DNA from: a virus
Taxonomy: Duplodnaviria; Caudoviricetes
DNA: 25,237 nt
Virus record (IMG/VR): IMGVR_UViG_3300020469_000242
Coordinates: 1 to 25,237 of that record
Direction: 5' to 3' (one strand)
Each line of letters opens with the position of its first letter. The first letter of the stretch is position 1. The translations under genes were made by a program, and so were the position numbers. The notes below the pieces were generated by a model. The model searched no databases and was not told the DNA's origin. It was given only the letters and a program-made list of their open reading frames with translations. Shown one piece after another: positions 25,189 through 25,237 of the stretch.

Positions 25189-25237
25189 ATTTTATTATGT
25201 TTAAAATATATCAATTTGTGTCACTAAAATATTGAAG

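Noticed and set aside
1-25237. CRISPR array, tRNA/rRNA, intron/intein or stop-codon recoding
   Set aside because: No spaced direct repeats, RNA gene signatures or intein motifs seen. Standard-code ORFs tile the window almost completely, with both TAA and TGA used as stops.

Overview
AT-rich, gene-dense segment of a large tailed dsDNA phage, most likely a T4-related myovirus (gp15-like tail completion gene, TAAATA late-promoter motifs, very large fibre/baseplate proteins). The + strand (1-2564) carries the 3' part of a gp15-like gene, then a coupled Nudix hydrolase, cupin and GmhB-like HAD phosphatase. A 12-gene minus-strand block (25159-2561) converges on it: a 1992-aa CBM-repeat/beta-helix tail protein, two small virion proteins, three paralogous Cys/Gly-rich fibre-tip-like proteins, a chaperone-like protein, a GT9-like glycosyltransferase, a NodU/CmcH carbamoyltransferase, two smaller proteins and a 2607-aa structural protein. 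The strongest lead is a putative virion-decoration system. Cys-rich proteins sit directly upstream of a heptosyltransferase-fold enzyme whose catalytic Asp position is Arg, followed by a carbamoyltransferase. The glycosyltransferase gene is preceded by an RBS-sequestering hairpin with a late-promoter motif in its loop. All assignments come from motif recognition by eye; no searches were run.
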